Shown: positions 19,711 through 30,118 of the stretch, in pieces
Position numbering within the stretch: position 1 is the first letter of the stretch
Layout: every line of letters starts with the position of its first letter
Origin: Aureliella sp.
GTDB taxonomy: Bacteria; Planctomycetota; Planctomycetia; Pirellulales; Pirellulaceae
DNA length: 56,925 bases
NCBI GenBank assembly: GCA_051960375.1
Contig: JBQCEI010000648.1
Span: 1-56,925, forward strand
Direction of reading: 5' to 3'
The notes under the pieces: generated by a model
Seen by the model: only the letters and a program-made list of their open reading frames with translations
Told to the model about the DNA's origin: nothing
Database searches by the model: none
Made by a program: the position numbers and the translations under genes

Positions 19711-21027
19711 CTATAGGTTATGGGTGGCGGTCTGCCCGGCGACGATCTTTACGGGGCATCCGTCGGGCAGGCCATAGCCGCCTTTGGTGGCAACGACATC
19801 ACCGGCGTGCAAGCCATTGAGAACCTGAACGAACTCGGCAGTCTCGGTGCCGGTCTCGACTTCGATCTCGTGCGCCTTGCCTTCGCGAATGACCGTAACG
19901 ACCGGCGCGCCCGAGCGGTCGGCGATCGCTTGCACTGGAACGGCGAGCGCATGTTCGACAGGTTGCAGAGCGACCTTCGCCTCACAGCTTAGACCGGGGC
20001 GCAGCATGAGCCCCTCGTTCTTGACCACGGCGAACACAATCACGTTGCCGGTCAACGGGTCAGCCTCGCCGCTGATACGTTCAACGGCTCCCTTGAAAAC
20101 GTGCCCAGGCGCGGAGCTTAATTCAATCTCGACCGGCGTGCCTTTGCCCACTTTCAGAAAGTCGCGGCTGGGGATGCGCAGCTGAATGAACACTTCGGAC
20201 ATGTCGATGACGGTGACCAGCGGGACTGCCCTGTCAAAGAACTGTCCTTGGTGAGCCAGCAGTTGCACCAGGATACCATCGATGGGACTTACGATCTTGC
20301 ACCACTCGAGCGTGAGCTGGGCATGCTCGAGGTCGGCTCGGGCCGCGAGCAGCAAAGCATTGGCCTCGTCGAGCAGTTCGGTCGGTGTGCCTTCTTCGAT
20401 GAGCTTCAGATGCGCATCAGCCGAAGCCAGGGCCGCCTCTGCCGCAGCGAGGGCCTTGGCTTTCGTCTCATATTGCACGGCGGAGATTTCTCGCCGCCGA
20501 TACAGGTCTTCGAGTGCGACGAGTTCGCCTCGCAAGCCGTCGACCGTGGCCTTGGCTTTATCGCGGTCCTGCCGGGCAACTTCGATTTCCTGGGGCAAGT
20601 AGCCGCGTTTGAGACGCTTGACCGCGGATTCCTTCTCGGCGACCAAGGCCTGCGTTCGCTCGACATCTGCCCGCGCCGCGCGATCGTCGAGCTGCACCAG
20701 CAGCTGGCCGGCGCGAACGGTTTCCCCTTCGACCACTAGCAGCTTCTCGACCCAGCCGCCGATTTGCGGCGATATCATGGCTTTGCGCTCGGGTACGGCG
20801 ACCACCGCGCCGACAAGCGTCAATTGCGGCTGCAACGTCATTTCCCGGACCTCGGCCGCTTGCACCTCGACCGGAGGCAGGGCTTGCTCGTCGGCGGCTG
20901 CCTCGGCGGACGTCGGCGGATGCGACGAGCCAGTGGTAACCCAGTAGGCGACTCCGCCGATGCAACCGATGACGACTGCGGCGAGAATTAAGTTTTTCAT
21001 TGCCTTTGATAGTTTCATGCAATTCAC
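19711..21027 (-). CDS. RND periplasmic adaptor (MFP)
   Basis: ISPQIGGWVEKLLVVEGETVRAGQLL, IVSPIDG, LRPG. Confidence 0.9.
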   Translation of the reverse strand: MNCMKLSKAMKNLILAAVVIGCIGGVAYWVTTGSSHPPTSAEAAADEQALPPVEVQAAEVREMTLQPQLTLVGAVVAVPERKAMISPQIGGWVEKLLVVEGETVRAGQLLVQLDDRAARADVERTQALVAEKESAVKRLKRGYLPQEIEVARQDRDKAKATVDGLRGELVALEDLYRRREISAVQYETKAKALAAAEAALASADAHLKLIEEGTPTELLDEANALLLAARADLEHAQLTLEWCKIVSPIDGILVQLLAHQGQFFDRAVPLVTVIDMSEVFIQLRIPSRDFLKVGKGTPVEIELSSAPGHVFKGAVERISGEADPLTGNVIVFAVVKNEGLMLRPGLSCEAKVALQPVEHALAVPVQAIADRSGAPVVTVIREGKAHEIEVETGTETAEFVQVLNGLHAGDVVATKGGYGLPDGCPVKIVAGQTATHNL

Positions 21028-24000
21028 TCCGTCGTGAGCAGGCCTTCGTCAGTCGGAGATCGTGATGCGAGGGACGCCGGCGGTGAGAGGGGCAGGCCAA
21101 GCGTTCTGGCCATCAGGAAGTAAAATACTGGGGTAGCTACGAGAGAAAGCAGCAGCGATGTACAAAGCGAGCCGATCACTGCGATCGCCATCGGGCGGAG
21201 CATGTCGGCGCCGGCTCCGACGCCGTACGCCAGTGGAAGCAGACCCAGGAACGTGGTCAGCGAAGTCATGAGCACGGGCCGCAAGCGGCGCTGTCCCGAC
21301 TGCACCATAGCGTCGGCCAGCGGCACGCCTTGCCGACGCAGGTGATCGACATAGTCGAACATCAGGATGCCGTTCTTGTGGACGATCCCCATCGCGATGA
21401 TGGATCCCAGGATCGAAACGATGTTCAGCGTCGTGCCTGTAATCCAGAGCGCCGCCACGACGCCGAACAAGGCCAAGAGGGCTCCCATCCAGATCGCCAG
21501 CGGCTCAAGGAAAGTGCGAAACTCGAGGATGAGAACGGCGTAGACCAAGACTAGGGCGGCGACGAGCACAAGCGACAAGTTGCGGAAAGATTCTTGCTGC
21601 TGCTGATACAGTCCACCGAACTCGATCCTTGCCTCCGGCGGAATCACTACGGAGTGGGCCAGCTTGTCTTTGATGGCGGCGATCCCATGCCCCATATCGA
21701 TTCCTTCGAATCGGGCCGAGACCGCGACGAGCTGGCGGAGGTCTTCGCGATGCATTTCCAGCAAGCCCGCTTCGTGTTCGATCTTGGCTACATCGCGGAC
21801 CGTTTGCGATGCTCCGGTAAGCGACTGAATCGGCAGCGATGCGAGAGAGATCTGTCGCTCATGAGACTCAGGTGCGGCGAGCACTCGCACGTTGTAGGTG
21901 CGATCTCCCTGGAGCACGTACGAAGATACCGTGCCGATCATCCGGGACTGAATTTCAGTTCCCAGACCGCGGGGTGTCAGACCGGTGCGGGCGGCGTCAG
22001 CCAGGTCAGTTCGCAGCCGCATCGAAGGTCCGGCGACTACCAAACCATCTTCGACGTCGACAACTCCAGGGATCTCTTCGATCGCGTGAGCGATCTCCTC
22101 TGCCTTCGACTGGAGGACGTTGACGTCGGTTGAAAAGATCTTGATCTCGACCGGGTTGGGCGACCAGGTGAGATCCCCAATCAAGTCGGCTAAGACGCCG
22201 GGGAACTCGAAGCTCAGAGCCGGCTCGGCTGCGTTTACCTTTTCGCGCAGTTCTTCGATAACAGCTTCCGTGCTGCGCTGGCGGTCCGGTTTGAGCTTGA
22301 CCAGAAAATCGCCGGTGTTCGGTTCCGCGATTGCCAGGGCCAGCCGAGCTCCGGTTCGGCGCGAGAAGGATTCGACGTCAGGCGTCTGCCGCAGGATTTC
22401 CTCGACGTGCATCAGCATGCGGTTGGTCTCGGTCAGGCTTGTCCCGGGTCGCGAATAGTAATCGATCACAAAAGCGCCTTCGTCCTGAGCCGGTAGAAAA
22501 TCCGACTCGAGCTTGCCGTAAAGCCAGATACCCCCGACGGCAATCACGACCATCGCGAGCGCCGACAGAATGGGCACTCGGAGCATCCCTCGCATGACTC
22601 GCGTATACAGACCGATCAGACTTCGCAGAATCGGTCCACCTTGTTCCAGTTCGTGCTGAGCGTTCCTACCCGACGCCCGGATCAGCAACCCGGCCGTCAC
22701 CGGCGTCCAGGTGACCGCCAGCACGAGAGAAATGAGAAGTGCAATGACCATCGTGATGGCCAAGGCGCGAAAGAAGACGCCGGCGACCCCGTCGAGAAAA
22801 GCCAGTGGGATGAACACCACGACGGGCGTCATCGTACTGCCGACCAAGGCTGGCCCAACCTCTCGCATGGCCTGGGTTACCGCTGTAGCTGCGCCGAGTC
22901 CCGCCAACACCTTGGCATAGATCGCCTCGACTACCACGATCGCATCGTCGATGCACATGCCGACGACCGCAGCGATGCCGCCGAGCGTCATCAAGTTGAA
23001 ACTCATGCCGACCAGCCGCAGGCCGATCAAAGTCAGCAGCACCGTCACTGGAATTACCAGCGCGGTGACAATCGTGGCCGTAACGCTGCGAAGAAAAACG
23101 AAGAGCACCAGAACGGCCAGTCCCAGGCCGAGCACGATGGCTTCCCATACGCTGGCCACGCCTTCACGGACAAATTGCGATTGGTCGTAGAAGAAGGCGA
23201 GCTTCATGTCTGGAGGAAGCTCGCTTTTGAGCAGATTTAGTTCGTGCTCCAGGTCATCTGCGATTTGCACCGTATTGCAGTCAGGCTGACCGTAGATATT
23301 AAGTAGCACCGCGTCTTTGCCGTCGGCGGACACGCGGTTGAACTGCGGCGCTTCTCCCGAGCGAACTAGGCCGATGTCGCGAACGCGAACCGGCGCCTGA
23401 TTGATCCAGGCTACGATGACGTCTTCGATCTCGGCGGGATTGTGCAGACGGTTATCAACAATCGCCAGATAAAGTTGGTAGTTCTCTTCGTGCATTCCCG
23501 CCGAAGTGAACTGATTGGTGTCGGAGAGCGCCTGCGTTACCTGACTGAAAGTTAAATGGTGGGCGTCGAGTTTTGCCGGATCGACGATTACGTGAAACTC
23601 AGGAACTCTGCCGCCCACCAAATTGATGCGGGCAACGCCGGCGATGCGCAAAAACCTCGGATAAATGTCGTAGCGAGCCTTTTCCCAGAGCTCGGTCCGC
23701 GTCCGCGTCTGGCTGGTCAAGCTGATTCCCAAAATGGGAAAGGCAGAAAACGTTAAGCGGTGGACCTGAATGTCAGCCGTTGGAGGCAAGGTGTTGCGAA
23801 TTTGTGCAAGACGCCCGAGCACGTACTGCTCAGCCTCGACCATGTCGGTCGACCAGTCAAAAAAGACGTTCACCGCGGCCGAGCCTCGCCCGGTGGTCGA
23901 GCGAATATTGGTCGTACCGGGAATGTTCTTCATCGCCTCTTCGACCGGACGAGTGATCGTAGCCATCATCTCGTCGCCGGGCAGTACCCCATTGTCGATC

Positions 24001-24194
24001 AGGATCACCACGCGAGGGAAATCGGTCTGCGGAAACACCGACGACGGCATGCTCCAGCCGGAAAACGCTCCGGCGATACATAAGACCGAGATCAGAAACA
24101 GGATCGGCTTGCCGTAACGCAACACGAGCCCGGCTTTGCCTGGCGAAGAGTCGGAACTGGGTGCATGGTAGGACATGGAGGCTTCTCCGGTCAC
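21024..24194 (-). CDS. RND efflux permease (AcrB/CusA superfamily)
   Basis: 1056 aa; GMCIDDAIVVVE, KNGILM, RLRPVLMT. Confidence 0.95.
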   Translation of the reverse strand: MTGEASMSYHAPSSDSSPGKAGLVLRYGKPILFLISVLCIAGAFSGWSMPSSVFPQTDFPRVVILIDNGVLPGDEMMATITRPVEEAMKNIPGTTNIRSTTGRGSAAVNVFFDWSTDMVEAEQYVLGRLAQIRNTLPPTADIQVHRLTFSAFPILGISLTSQTRTRTELWEKARYDIYPRFLRIAGVARINLVGGRVPEFHVIVDPAKLDAHHLTFSQVTQALSDTNQFTSAGMHEENYQLYLAIVDNRLHNPAEIEDVIVAWINQAPVRVRDIGLVRSGEAPQFNRVSADGKDAVLLNIYGQPDCNTVQIADDLEHELNLLKSELPPDMKLAFFYDQSQFVREGVASVWEAIVLGLGLAVLVLFVFLRSVTATIVTALVIPVTVLLTLIGLRLVGMSFNLMTLGGIAAVVGMCIDDAIVVVEAIYAKVLAGLGAATAVTQAMREVGPALVGSTMTPVVVFIPLAFLDGVAGVFFRALAITMVIALLISLVLAVTWTPVTAGLLIRASGRNAQHELEQGGPILRSLIGLYTRVMRGMLRVPILSALAMVVIAVGGIWLYGKLESDFLPAQDEGAFVIDYYSRPGTSLTETNRMLMHVEEILRQTPDVESFSRRTGARLALAIAEPNTGDFLVKLKPDRQRSTEAVIEELREKVNAAEPALSFEFPGVLADLIGDLTWSPNPVEIKIFSTDVNVLQSKAEEIAHAIEEIPGVVDVEDGLVVAGPSMRLRTDLADAARTGLTPRGLGTEIQSRMIGTVSSYVLQGDRTYNVRVLAAPESHERQISLASLPIQSLTGASQTVRDVAKIEHEAGLLEMHREDLRQLVAVSARFEGIDMGHGIAAIKDKLAHSVVIPPEARIEFGGLYQQQQESFRNLSLVLVAALVLVYAVLILEFRTFLEPLAIWMGALLALFGVVAALWITGTTLNIVSILGSIIAMGIVHKNGILMFDYVDHLRRQGVPLADAMVQSGQRRLRPVLMTSLTTFLGLLPLAYGVGAGADMLRPMAIAVIGSLCTSLLLSLVATPVFYFLMARTLGLPLSPPASLASRSPTDEGLLTTE

Positions 24195-24223
24195 TCGTCG
24201 CTAATCACGAATGGGCTGGGTGG

Positions 24224-25858
24224 TCATTGGGCGTCACGGGTGACGAGGCGCTCGAGAGGCACACCGGTGGCTTGGACAACGCCGGCCGCCGCCTGCGACA
24301 CTTCGTTGAGCAAGTCCAGGTAAGTTCGGCGATCTTGAAGCAAGCTGTTCTGAGTCGCGAATACCGCCAGAACGTCGGCCTGACCTGCTTCGAACTGTTC
24401 GAGGATCTTGCGAAGGTCCGCTGGCGGATTCTTTTCGAAAGGTGACAGATCGACGCGCGATTCCTCGACCAATAACCGCGCTCGCTCATAGCGATTGATC
24501 GCCGTCTGGGCTTCGAGCGTGGCCCGCACTCGCAATTGATTAAAGATCAGTACTTGCTGGTTGCGCTCGACATGCCGCTGGTTGGCGAGCGGTTGACCGG
24601 TATTCCAAACGGGCAAATCCATTTGGAAGCGGACGCCGAGGGTCTCGGCGCCGCTGGGGTAAGCGTTGAGAATCGGCCCAGCCTGGAGGTCGGGCATTCT
24701 TGCTGCGTCAGCCAGGCGAGCATTGGCACCTGCCATGGCAATGCCGTAGCGAGCCGCCATCACGTCGGGGCGACCTTTCACCAGTTCAGCCGCCAACGCT
24801 TCCGGATTCGCTAGCGCGGTTTCATTCTCGCTCCCGGAAGTTTCCAGTGTTCGGACCGCTTGCCAGCGATAGTCACCCAGTCGGTCGCGAAGCGATAGCT
24901 TCACCGTCTCGGATGGATTGAGCTGCTGGGCCACCGCCAAGAGAGCCGCTTGGTACGTCGCATTGGCCAAAGACGCTTGTCGGCGCGACTGTCGAGCGGC
25001 CACTTGGGCAGTCGTCACGGCCGCGGAGGTGGCTAAGCCCGCGTTGTATCTTCGCTGCACCACGCCGAGCAGCTTTTCATTGAGCAAGGCCGTCTCATCG
25101 GCTAGTTGGTAGAGTTCGAACTGGTACTGAGCCGTGAAGTAGAGTCTGGCGGTCTGAGCGATGTTGAGTAGTTCCGTTTGATGGATGTTCCATCGCACCT
25201 GATTGAGCGCGGCGGAAGCCGCCTGCTCGCGGTACTGTTGCTGGTGCGCCAGCTCCATACGCTGCATGAACCAGACGTAGTAATTGGTCTGAGTCGGATT
25301 GCTGCCTCCCGTGCCGGGCAGGAGCTGGCTTTGAACGAATGGATTCCAGGGGTACGTTTCCGCCACGCCGAGAGCCGCAATGCTTACCTGTTCCTGGCCC
25401 CGCGCGGCCACTAGATCAGGATTGCGAAAGAGGGCCGTTGCCACCGCGTCGGTCAGTCCCATCGCCTGGCCGGGAATCTGATCCTCGGTGGCGGCTTCCG
25501 CGGCAACCGATTCGGCGGCCAGTAGTCCCGAGTCCGCATCCATCGGCCCCAAGTCGGCATCCACCTTCTGCACAACTGCTGAGGCCAAGACAACCTTCGA
25601 ATGGTTGGGCTCGATGGCTGCGGCGGCATCAGGCGCGGCCATAGGTCGCTGCGCTGCGCCGCTGAGCGGACCATGAGTCGCGACGGCCTGCGAGCTAGCA
25701 TTACGAGTAGGCGGCCCGTGGCATCCTGATAGCAGCAATGCTAACCCGGTCGCATGCAAGCTTTTTCTCGATAGATTCACAAGCAGTGCCATAGCAAACT
25801 CCAACGGGCGCCGGGACCGAACAGGCAATGCACTGAGTGCGTGAAAGGCACCGGACAT
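24224..25858 (-). CDS. TolC-family outer membrane efflux protein
   Basis: Lipobox LLSGC; NPDL and RPDV repeats; DLPVWN; upstream of RND and MFP. Confidence 0.85.
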   Translation of the reverse strand: MSGAFHALSALPVRSRRPLEFAMALLVNLSRKSLHATGLALLLSGCHGPPTRNASSQAVATHGPLSGAAQRPMAAPDAAAAIEPNHSKVVLASAVVQKVDADLGPMDADSGLLAAESVAAEAATEDQIPGQAMGLTDAVATALFRNPDLVAARGQEQVSIAALGVAETYPWNPFVQSQLLPGTGGSNPTQTNYYVWFMQRMELAHQQQYREQAASAALNQVRWNIHQTELLNIAQTARLYFTAQYQFELYQLADETALLNEKLLGVVQRRYNAGLATSAAVTTAQVAARQSRRQASLANATYQAALLAVAQQLNPSETVKLSLRDRLGDYRWQAVRTLETSGSENETALANPEALAAELVKGRPDVMAARYGIAMAGANARLADAARMPDLQAGPILNAYPSGAETLGVRFQMDLPVWNTGQPLANQRHVERNQQVLIFNQLRVRATLEAQTAINRYERARLLVEESRVDLSPFEKNPPADLRKILEQFEAGQADVLAVFATQNSLLQDRRTYLDLLNEVSQAAAGVVQATGVPLERLVTRDAQ

Positions 25859-25944
25859 CAGCTCAATCGTGACAGAGTGGACATCACGCTTATCGACCCC
25901 TCGTCTTGAGTCGACGCATCTTTCTGCGGCGACGTAAAGCAGAG

Positions 25945-27435
25945 TTAATCAAAAAAACTGTTCTCTGTTTTGTCGCTCACACTAACGGCAGGTTCGCACG
26001 GCTCTGCTTCGGCTCGTAACACCTTGGCGTCCCTCCGTACGCTAGCATTGGACGTGGTGCACTGTTTTGGGATTTCGATCACGGCAGTTGTGCCAACTCC
26101 GAGCGTGCTCCGTAGCGTGATGTTGCCTTGATGGGCGATCAAAGTCGCCCGAGCGATGGATAAACCCAGACCCGTCCCACCGGCGGCGTTGCGGGATGAG
26201 TCCACGCGATAAAATCGCTCAAAGACATGCGGCAAATGCTCGGCAGCGATGCCGATGCCTGAGTCGGCGACCTCGATCTTGATCAGCGACCGCTCCGACC
26301 TGCACGAAACTCGAATCGTCCCATCAGCGGGCGTGTACTTGATCGCATTTTCGAGCACGTTAAAGAATGCTTGGCTGAGGCGAATATCATCGCCCACCAC
26401 CTCGCATTCTTCTGCTGTCACCAGTTCAAGTGCGAGTTGCTTATCCTGGGCAAGCGAGCGGAGTTGATCGGCGACGTCGCGTACGAGCAAATCGACTCGG
26501 ACAGGATCACGTTGCAAGTCACTGATGCCCGCATCATGGCGACTGAGGCAGAGCAATTGGTCGGCTAAGTTGCCGAGCCGCGAGGCTTCGTCGACAACGT
26601 TTGCCAGGGCACGCTCATACTCCTCAGGCTGGCGTCGCATGCGTAAAGCGCACTCGGCTTCGGTACGAAGTGCTGCCAGTGGTGTCCGGATCTCATGGGA
26701 AGCATCGGCGGTGAACCGCCGGATTTCGTCAACGGCTCGCTCCAAACGGTCAATGAGTGAATTCAGCGTCTGCGCCAGGTGTCCCAGCTCGTCATCTGAG
26801 TTGCCGACATCAATGCGTTCATGAAGGTTTTCAATCGTGATGGAATTGGCGACCTGGACGATTTGCTCGACCGGCGCCAAGGCTCGCGTGGCAAGGAAGT
26901 AGCCACCTGCCAAGGCCAACGCAACTCCGGCCGGCAGTAAGCCAGCCATCAGGAGCTGAAGCGTCAGCATGTCGGACTTTATGGGAGCCAGAGACGTCAG
27001 AGCCTGGACGGTGAGAGCACTTTCCGGGGCGCCGACCGCCGAGCGGGCCAGTCGCACGGGCCGGCCATCCAGCGTCCTGTCTGTGGCATAGGCGATATCC
27101 GCGGAGGAACTTGGGACAGTGAACTTAGCCGCCTGTTCCGGCGAGAGTCCTGAGCTGGCAAACAGAATCGTCCCCTGGCTGTCAGTGACCAGGAAATCAT
27201 AAATGTCGTGCTGAAAGAATCTGGCATGTAACTGTCTTGCCATGTCATCCGCATCACGGGCAAGGCGAACTTCGAGGGCCAGCTCTTGCAATTCCTCGCG
27301 CAGTCCGTCGTCGGTCCGAGCCAGTAGTTGATGCTGCGTTAAAAGCAGCAAAGCGACACAGAGCGTTGTCAGCAACAGCGCGAAAGCGCCGGCATACCAC
27401 AAGGTCAGACGCCAGCGAATGGACATGCGTTTCAC
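25945..27435 (-). CDS. Heavy-metal-type sensor histidine kinase (CusS/CzcS-like)
   Basis: SIRWRLTLWY, HAMP, FTADASHEIRTPL, NAIKYT, DSGIGI, GTGLGL; GTG overlaps regulator stop. Confidence 0.9.
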   Translation of the reverse strand: MKRMSIRWRLTLWYAGAFALLLTTLCVALLLLTQHQLLARTDDGLREELQELALEVRLARDADDMARQLHARFFQHDIYDFLVTDSQGTILFASSGLSPEQAAKFTVPSSSADIAYATDRTLDGRPVRLARSAVGAPESALTVQALTSLAPIKSDMLTLQLLMAGLLPAGVALALAGGYFLATRALAPVEQIVQVANSITIENLHERIDVGNSDDELGHLAQTLNSLIDRLERAVDEIRRFTADASHEIRTPLAALRTEAECALRMRRQPEEYERALANVVDEASRLGNLADQLLCLSRHDAGISDLQRDPVRVDLLVRDVADQLRSLAQDKQLALELVTAEECEVVGDDIRLSQAFFNVLENAIKYTPADGTIRVSCRSERSLIKIEVADSGIGIAAEHLPHVFERFYRVDSSRNAAGGTGLGLSIARATLIAHQGNITLRSTLGVGTTAVIEIPKQCTTSNASVRRDAKVLRAEAEPCEPAVSVSDKTENSFFD

Positions 27436-28106
27436 GGCTCGTTTCCTAGTACGTATCCCTTGCCGCGGATGGTGTGCAGGATGGGAGCCAGGCCGGGACG
27501 TTCGATCTGTTTGCGTAACTGGTTGATATGAACCTCGATGACGTTCGTCCAAGTTGCCGAAGGCTCTTTCCAAACGTCTCGCGCGATCATTTCCCGAGTG
27601 ACGATCTGGTCCGCGTGACGCATCAGAAAAGCCAAGAGCTCCAACTGGCGGTTCTGCAATGTGAGCGATTGAGTTCCTCGCATCGCCGTCCGCGCCAGTA
27701 AATCCACGGTCAGATCCCTGACGCTGAGCGTCGATGAACTCGCTTGGGCACCGCGTCGCAACAAGGCTCGAATCCGCGCCAGGAGTTCATCAACGGAGAA
27801 AGGCTTGACGAGATAATCGTCGGCTCCCTGGTCCAGGCCTGCCACACGGTCCTTAATTGCGTCGCGGGCTGTCAGTATCAGCACCGGGATGCGATTGCCC
27901 TGGTTGCGTAGCTGCGCGAGCCACAGCAAGCCGTTGCCGTCGGGTAGCATCAGATCGAGCAAAACGAGATCGACTTCAGGAGACAGCAACGCGCTGGCCG
28001 TTTTCAAGTCCGGAGCGCATGTTGCCGCATAGCCAGATTCGTTAAGAGTTTGCGCGATACTGGCCCGCAGCTTGGGATGGTCTTCAATGATCAGGATTTC
28101 TGGCAC
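27432..28106 (-). CDS. OmpR-family response regulator (CusR/CzcR-like)
   Basis: IIED, LDLMLPDG, LTARD, GADDYLVKPF, HTIRGKGY. Confidence 0.95.
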   Translation of the reverse strand: MPEILIIEDHPKLRASIAQTLNESGYAATCAPDLKTASALLSPEVDLVLLDLMLPDGNGLLWLAQLRNQGNRIPVLILTARDAIKDRVAGLDQGADDYLVKPFSVDELLARIRALLRRGAQASSSTLSVRDLTVDLLARTAMRGTQSLTLQNRQLELLAFLMRHADQIVTREMIARDVWKEPSATWTNVIEVHINQLRKQIERPGLAPILHTIRGKGYVLGNEP

Positions 28107-28286
28107 TCTTTCAAATCCGCAGTACTGGCAAATGCTCGACAGCGGTCTGTCCCCTCTCGGCTATGCTCCGCTTATCGTACCTTTCCATCCGCCGAAGCCG
28201 CCGAGATAAACTCGAATTCATCCCAGCGGCATCTGGTCCGATACCTAGCTTTCCTAGAGTCGCCGTTTACCAGGCTGGGCGGGCGG

Positions 28287-28709
28287 CTATTTTTTGAGTG
28301 CCAGCACGAGCGTGCCAACGCCAATCAACACGATCCCGAACCACTGGCCCGCGCTTGGCCGCTCACCGAGAAACGCGACCGCGAACACCGCCACGAGGAC
28401 CACGCTCAGCTTGTCGACCGGTGCCACCTGTGAAGCTTGACCGAGTTGCAAAGCCCGAAAGTAGCACACCCAGGAAAGGCCGGTTGCCAGCCCCGAGGCG
28501 ATGAGAAAGCCCAGCGTTCTTCCCGGTAGGCGGAAGGGATCGCTCCACGCACGCGTGGCCCAGACAAACAGACTCAGGGCCACAACGATGACGAAGGTGC
28601 GAACCAGCGTAGCAAAGTCCGAGTTGATTCCCTTCAAGCCAACCTTGGCGAAGATGGCTGTGAGAGCCGCAAATACCGCCGACAGCAACGCCCAAAGTAA
28701 CCAGTTCAT
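28287..28709 (-). CDS. EamA/DMT-family small transporter
   Basis: ALLSAVFAALTAIFAKVG, YFRALQLG, VAPVDKLSVV. Confidence 0.9.
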   Translation of the reverse strand: MNWLLWALLSAVFAALTAIFAKVGLKGINSDFATLVRTFVIVVALSLFVWATRAWSDPFRLPGRTLGFLIASGLATGLSWVCYFRALQLGQASQVAPVDKLSVVLVAVFAVAFLGERPSAGQWFGIVLIGVGTLVLALKK

Positions 28710-28825
28710 CGGCTCGCTCGCATTCTCGTTGCGCTTTAGTCAAGGCGATCGGATCTCTTCAGCTTCGCCCCGCGCGGCTTCGTTTTGGAAGAGGAGAGAC
28801 GTTAACGCAGGGGGGGGACGAAGCA

Positions 28826-29215
28826 CTACGTTTCACTGCACGAACTACCATCGCTGGACTTCCGCTTGCCGTTGAGCTTGGCTTCGCTGTGTCGGTACGT
28901 TATCACGCGAATCTTTTCGAGCGTGACCAGCCCCTCATCCATCATCTCGTCAAGCTTCGGCAAAAACGCTGCGATCTTTTCGGGCGTATCGACGATCTCA
29001 ACGACCATTGGCAAGTCTTCCGAGAGCCGCAGAACCTTTGAAGTATGCACCATACTATGTGCTCCAAAGCCGATCATCCCCCGAAACACGGTCGCTCCAG
29101 CCAGTCCGCCGCGCCGCGCTGCATCGACGATGGCTTCGTAGAGCGGTTTGTGACCGCATTTATCGCACTCACCTACGAAGATGCGTAAGAGTTCTGCTTC
29201 GCCGGACAATTTCAT
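28826..29215 (-). CDS. DUF190 (PII-like) protein
   Basis: LRIFVGE.D...PLYEAIV, GLAGATVFRG..GFG, LSEDLP; common crcB neighbour. Confidence 0.9.
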   Translation of the reverse strand: MKLSGEAELLRIFVGECDKCGHKPLYEAIVDAARRGGLAGATVFRGMIGFGAHSMVHTSKVLRLSEDLPMVVEIVDTPEKIAAFLPKLDEMMDEGLVTLEKIRVITYRHSEAKLNGKRKSSDGSSCSET

Positions 29216-29229
29216 GACCGCACTCCCGA

Positions 29230-29601
29230 TTAGATTTGGCGACCGACGGCCATGCCCAGCATGATCGCGAGAACGCCGACGACGACGTGACCCACTACGT
29301 TTGCGCTTGCGACAGCCCACTCGGCGTCATGCAGCAGCGCGTTACTCTCAAAGGCAAAGGTCGAGAACGTTGTGAAGGATCCCATAAAGCCAGTCAGTAT
29401 CACGGTGCGCGTCTGACTGGTGATGAGCATGCGCTCGTCGGCTAGCGTCCACACAAAGCCGAAAAGCAAACAGCCCACGATGTTGACCACAAAGGTCCCC
29501 AGTGGCAGCTCGCCACCATAAAGCCGCTGTACAAGCCCGGAGGCGGCGTAGCGAGCCAAGCATCCCAAGCCACCGGCTAGAAACAGCAGCACAAACTGCA
29601 T
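29230..29601 (-). CDS. crcB: Fluoride channel CrcB/FluC
   Basis: 123 aa; GGLGCLARY, GTFVVNIVGC, GFMGSFTTFSTF; GGGAG before ATG. Confidence 0.95.
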   Translation of the reverse strand: MQFVLLFLAGGLGCLARYAASGLVQRLYGGELPLGTFVVNIVGCLLFGFVWTLADERMLITSQTRTVILTGFMGSFTTFSTFAFESNALLHDAEWAVASANVVGHVVVGVLAIMLGMAVGRQI

Positions 29602-29750
29602 GATGTCGATCTCCCGCATTGGAAACACTGCTGAATACCAGTGAGGTGGCGAGCTATGCCAACGGTCGCAGTGCCGAAGAAGAGTCCACCGGGCGTTTGG
29701 CCCGCGGACTGGAACAATGCGTACTGTCCCACCGAAGGCTAAACCTTCCA

Positions 29751-29799
29751 GTAGGAGTCATCAGCCGACAAGCGGCAGTTCAAGGCGAACTCCATCGCC
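29751..29799 (-). ncRNA. Fluoride (crcB) riboswitch, copy 1, upstream of crcB
   Basis: GGCGAUGGAGUUCGCC-UUGAACU-GCCG(CUUGU)CGGC-UGAUGACUCCUAC: P1, pseudoknot GGAGU/ACUCC, P2; competing hairpin downstream. Confidence 0.93.
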
Positions 29800-29814
29800 A
29801 TCACTGACAGCTTC

Positions 29815-29843
29815 ATCATCGGAGCTGCCCCGGAGGCTGTCAA
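29815..29843 (-). promoter_or_regulatory. Putative sigma-70 promoter for the riboswitch-crcB transcript
   Basis: TTGACA-17 nt-GATGAT just upstream of the aptamer; weak -10. Confidence 0.4.
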
Positions 29844-29882
29844 CCACGCATCCGTCGCTATGCTGACAGTCCGGCTCAGGGC

Positions 29883-29911
29883 TTGACGCAGCGCTGACCA
29901 GGAGGGCTAAT
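29883..29911 (+). promoter_or_regulatory. Putative sigma-70 promoter for the riboswitch-dynamin transcript
   Basis: TTGACG-17 nt-GCTAAT, 8 nt before the aptamer; weak -10. Confidence 0.4.
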
Positions 29912-29919
29912 GGACCTGA

Positions 29920-29973
29920 GGCGATGGGGTTCGCCGTAAAACCGTCGATCGATATTCGACTGATGACTCCTAC
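29920..29973 (+). ncRNA. Fluoride (crcB) riboswitch, copy 2, upstream of the dynamin-like gene
   Basis: GGCGAUGGGGUUCGCC-GUAAAACC-GUCGA(UCGAUAU)UCGAC-UGAUGACUCCUAC. Confidence 0.93.
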
Positions 29974-30006
29974 CGGAAGACGAGTTCTTCAGGGTAGGAG
30001 TATTTC
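29966..30006 (+). terminator. Riboswitch expression-platform hairpin
   Basis: ACTCCTACC (29966-74) / GGTAGGAGT (29993-30001) perfect 9-bp stem overlapping the aptamer 3' end; short U tract. Confidence 0.7.
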
Positions 30007-30118
30007 GCGAACGCTCCCAATCTGCAGGACTCTGCCTGCGTCTTCTTGACCGTCCTTAGCGCCCGAGCCGTTGTCTCTGGACACCGTCCTCCTTAGCCCC
30101 GCATGCAGAGGCCTATCC

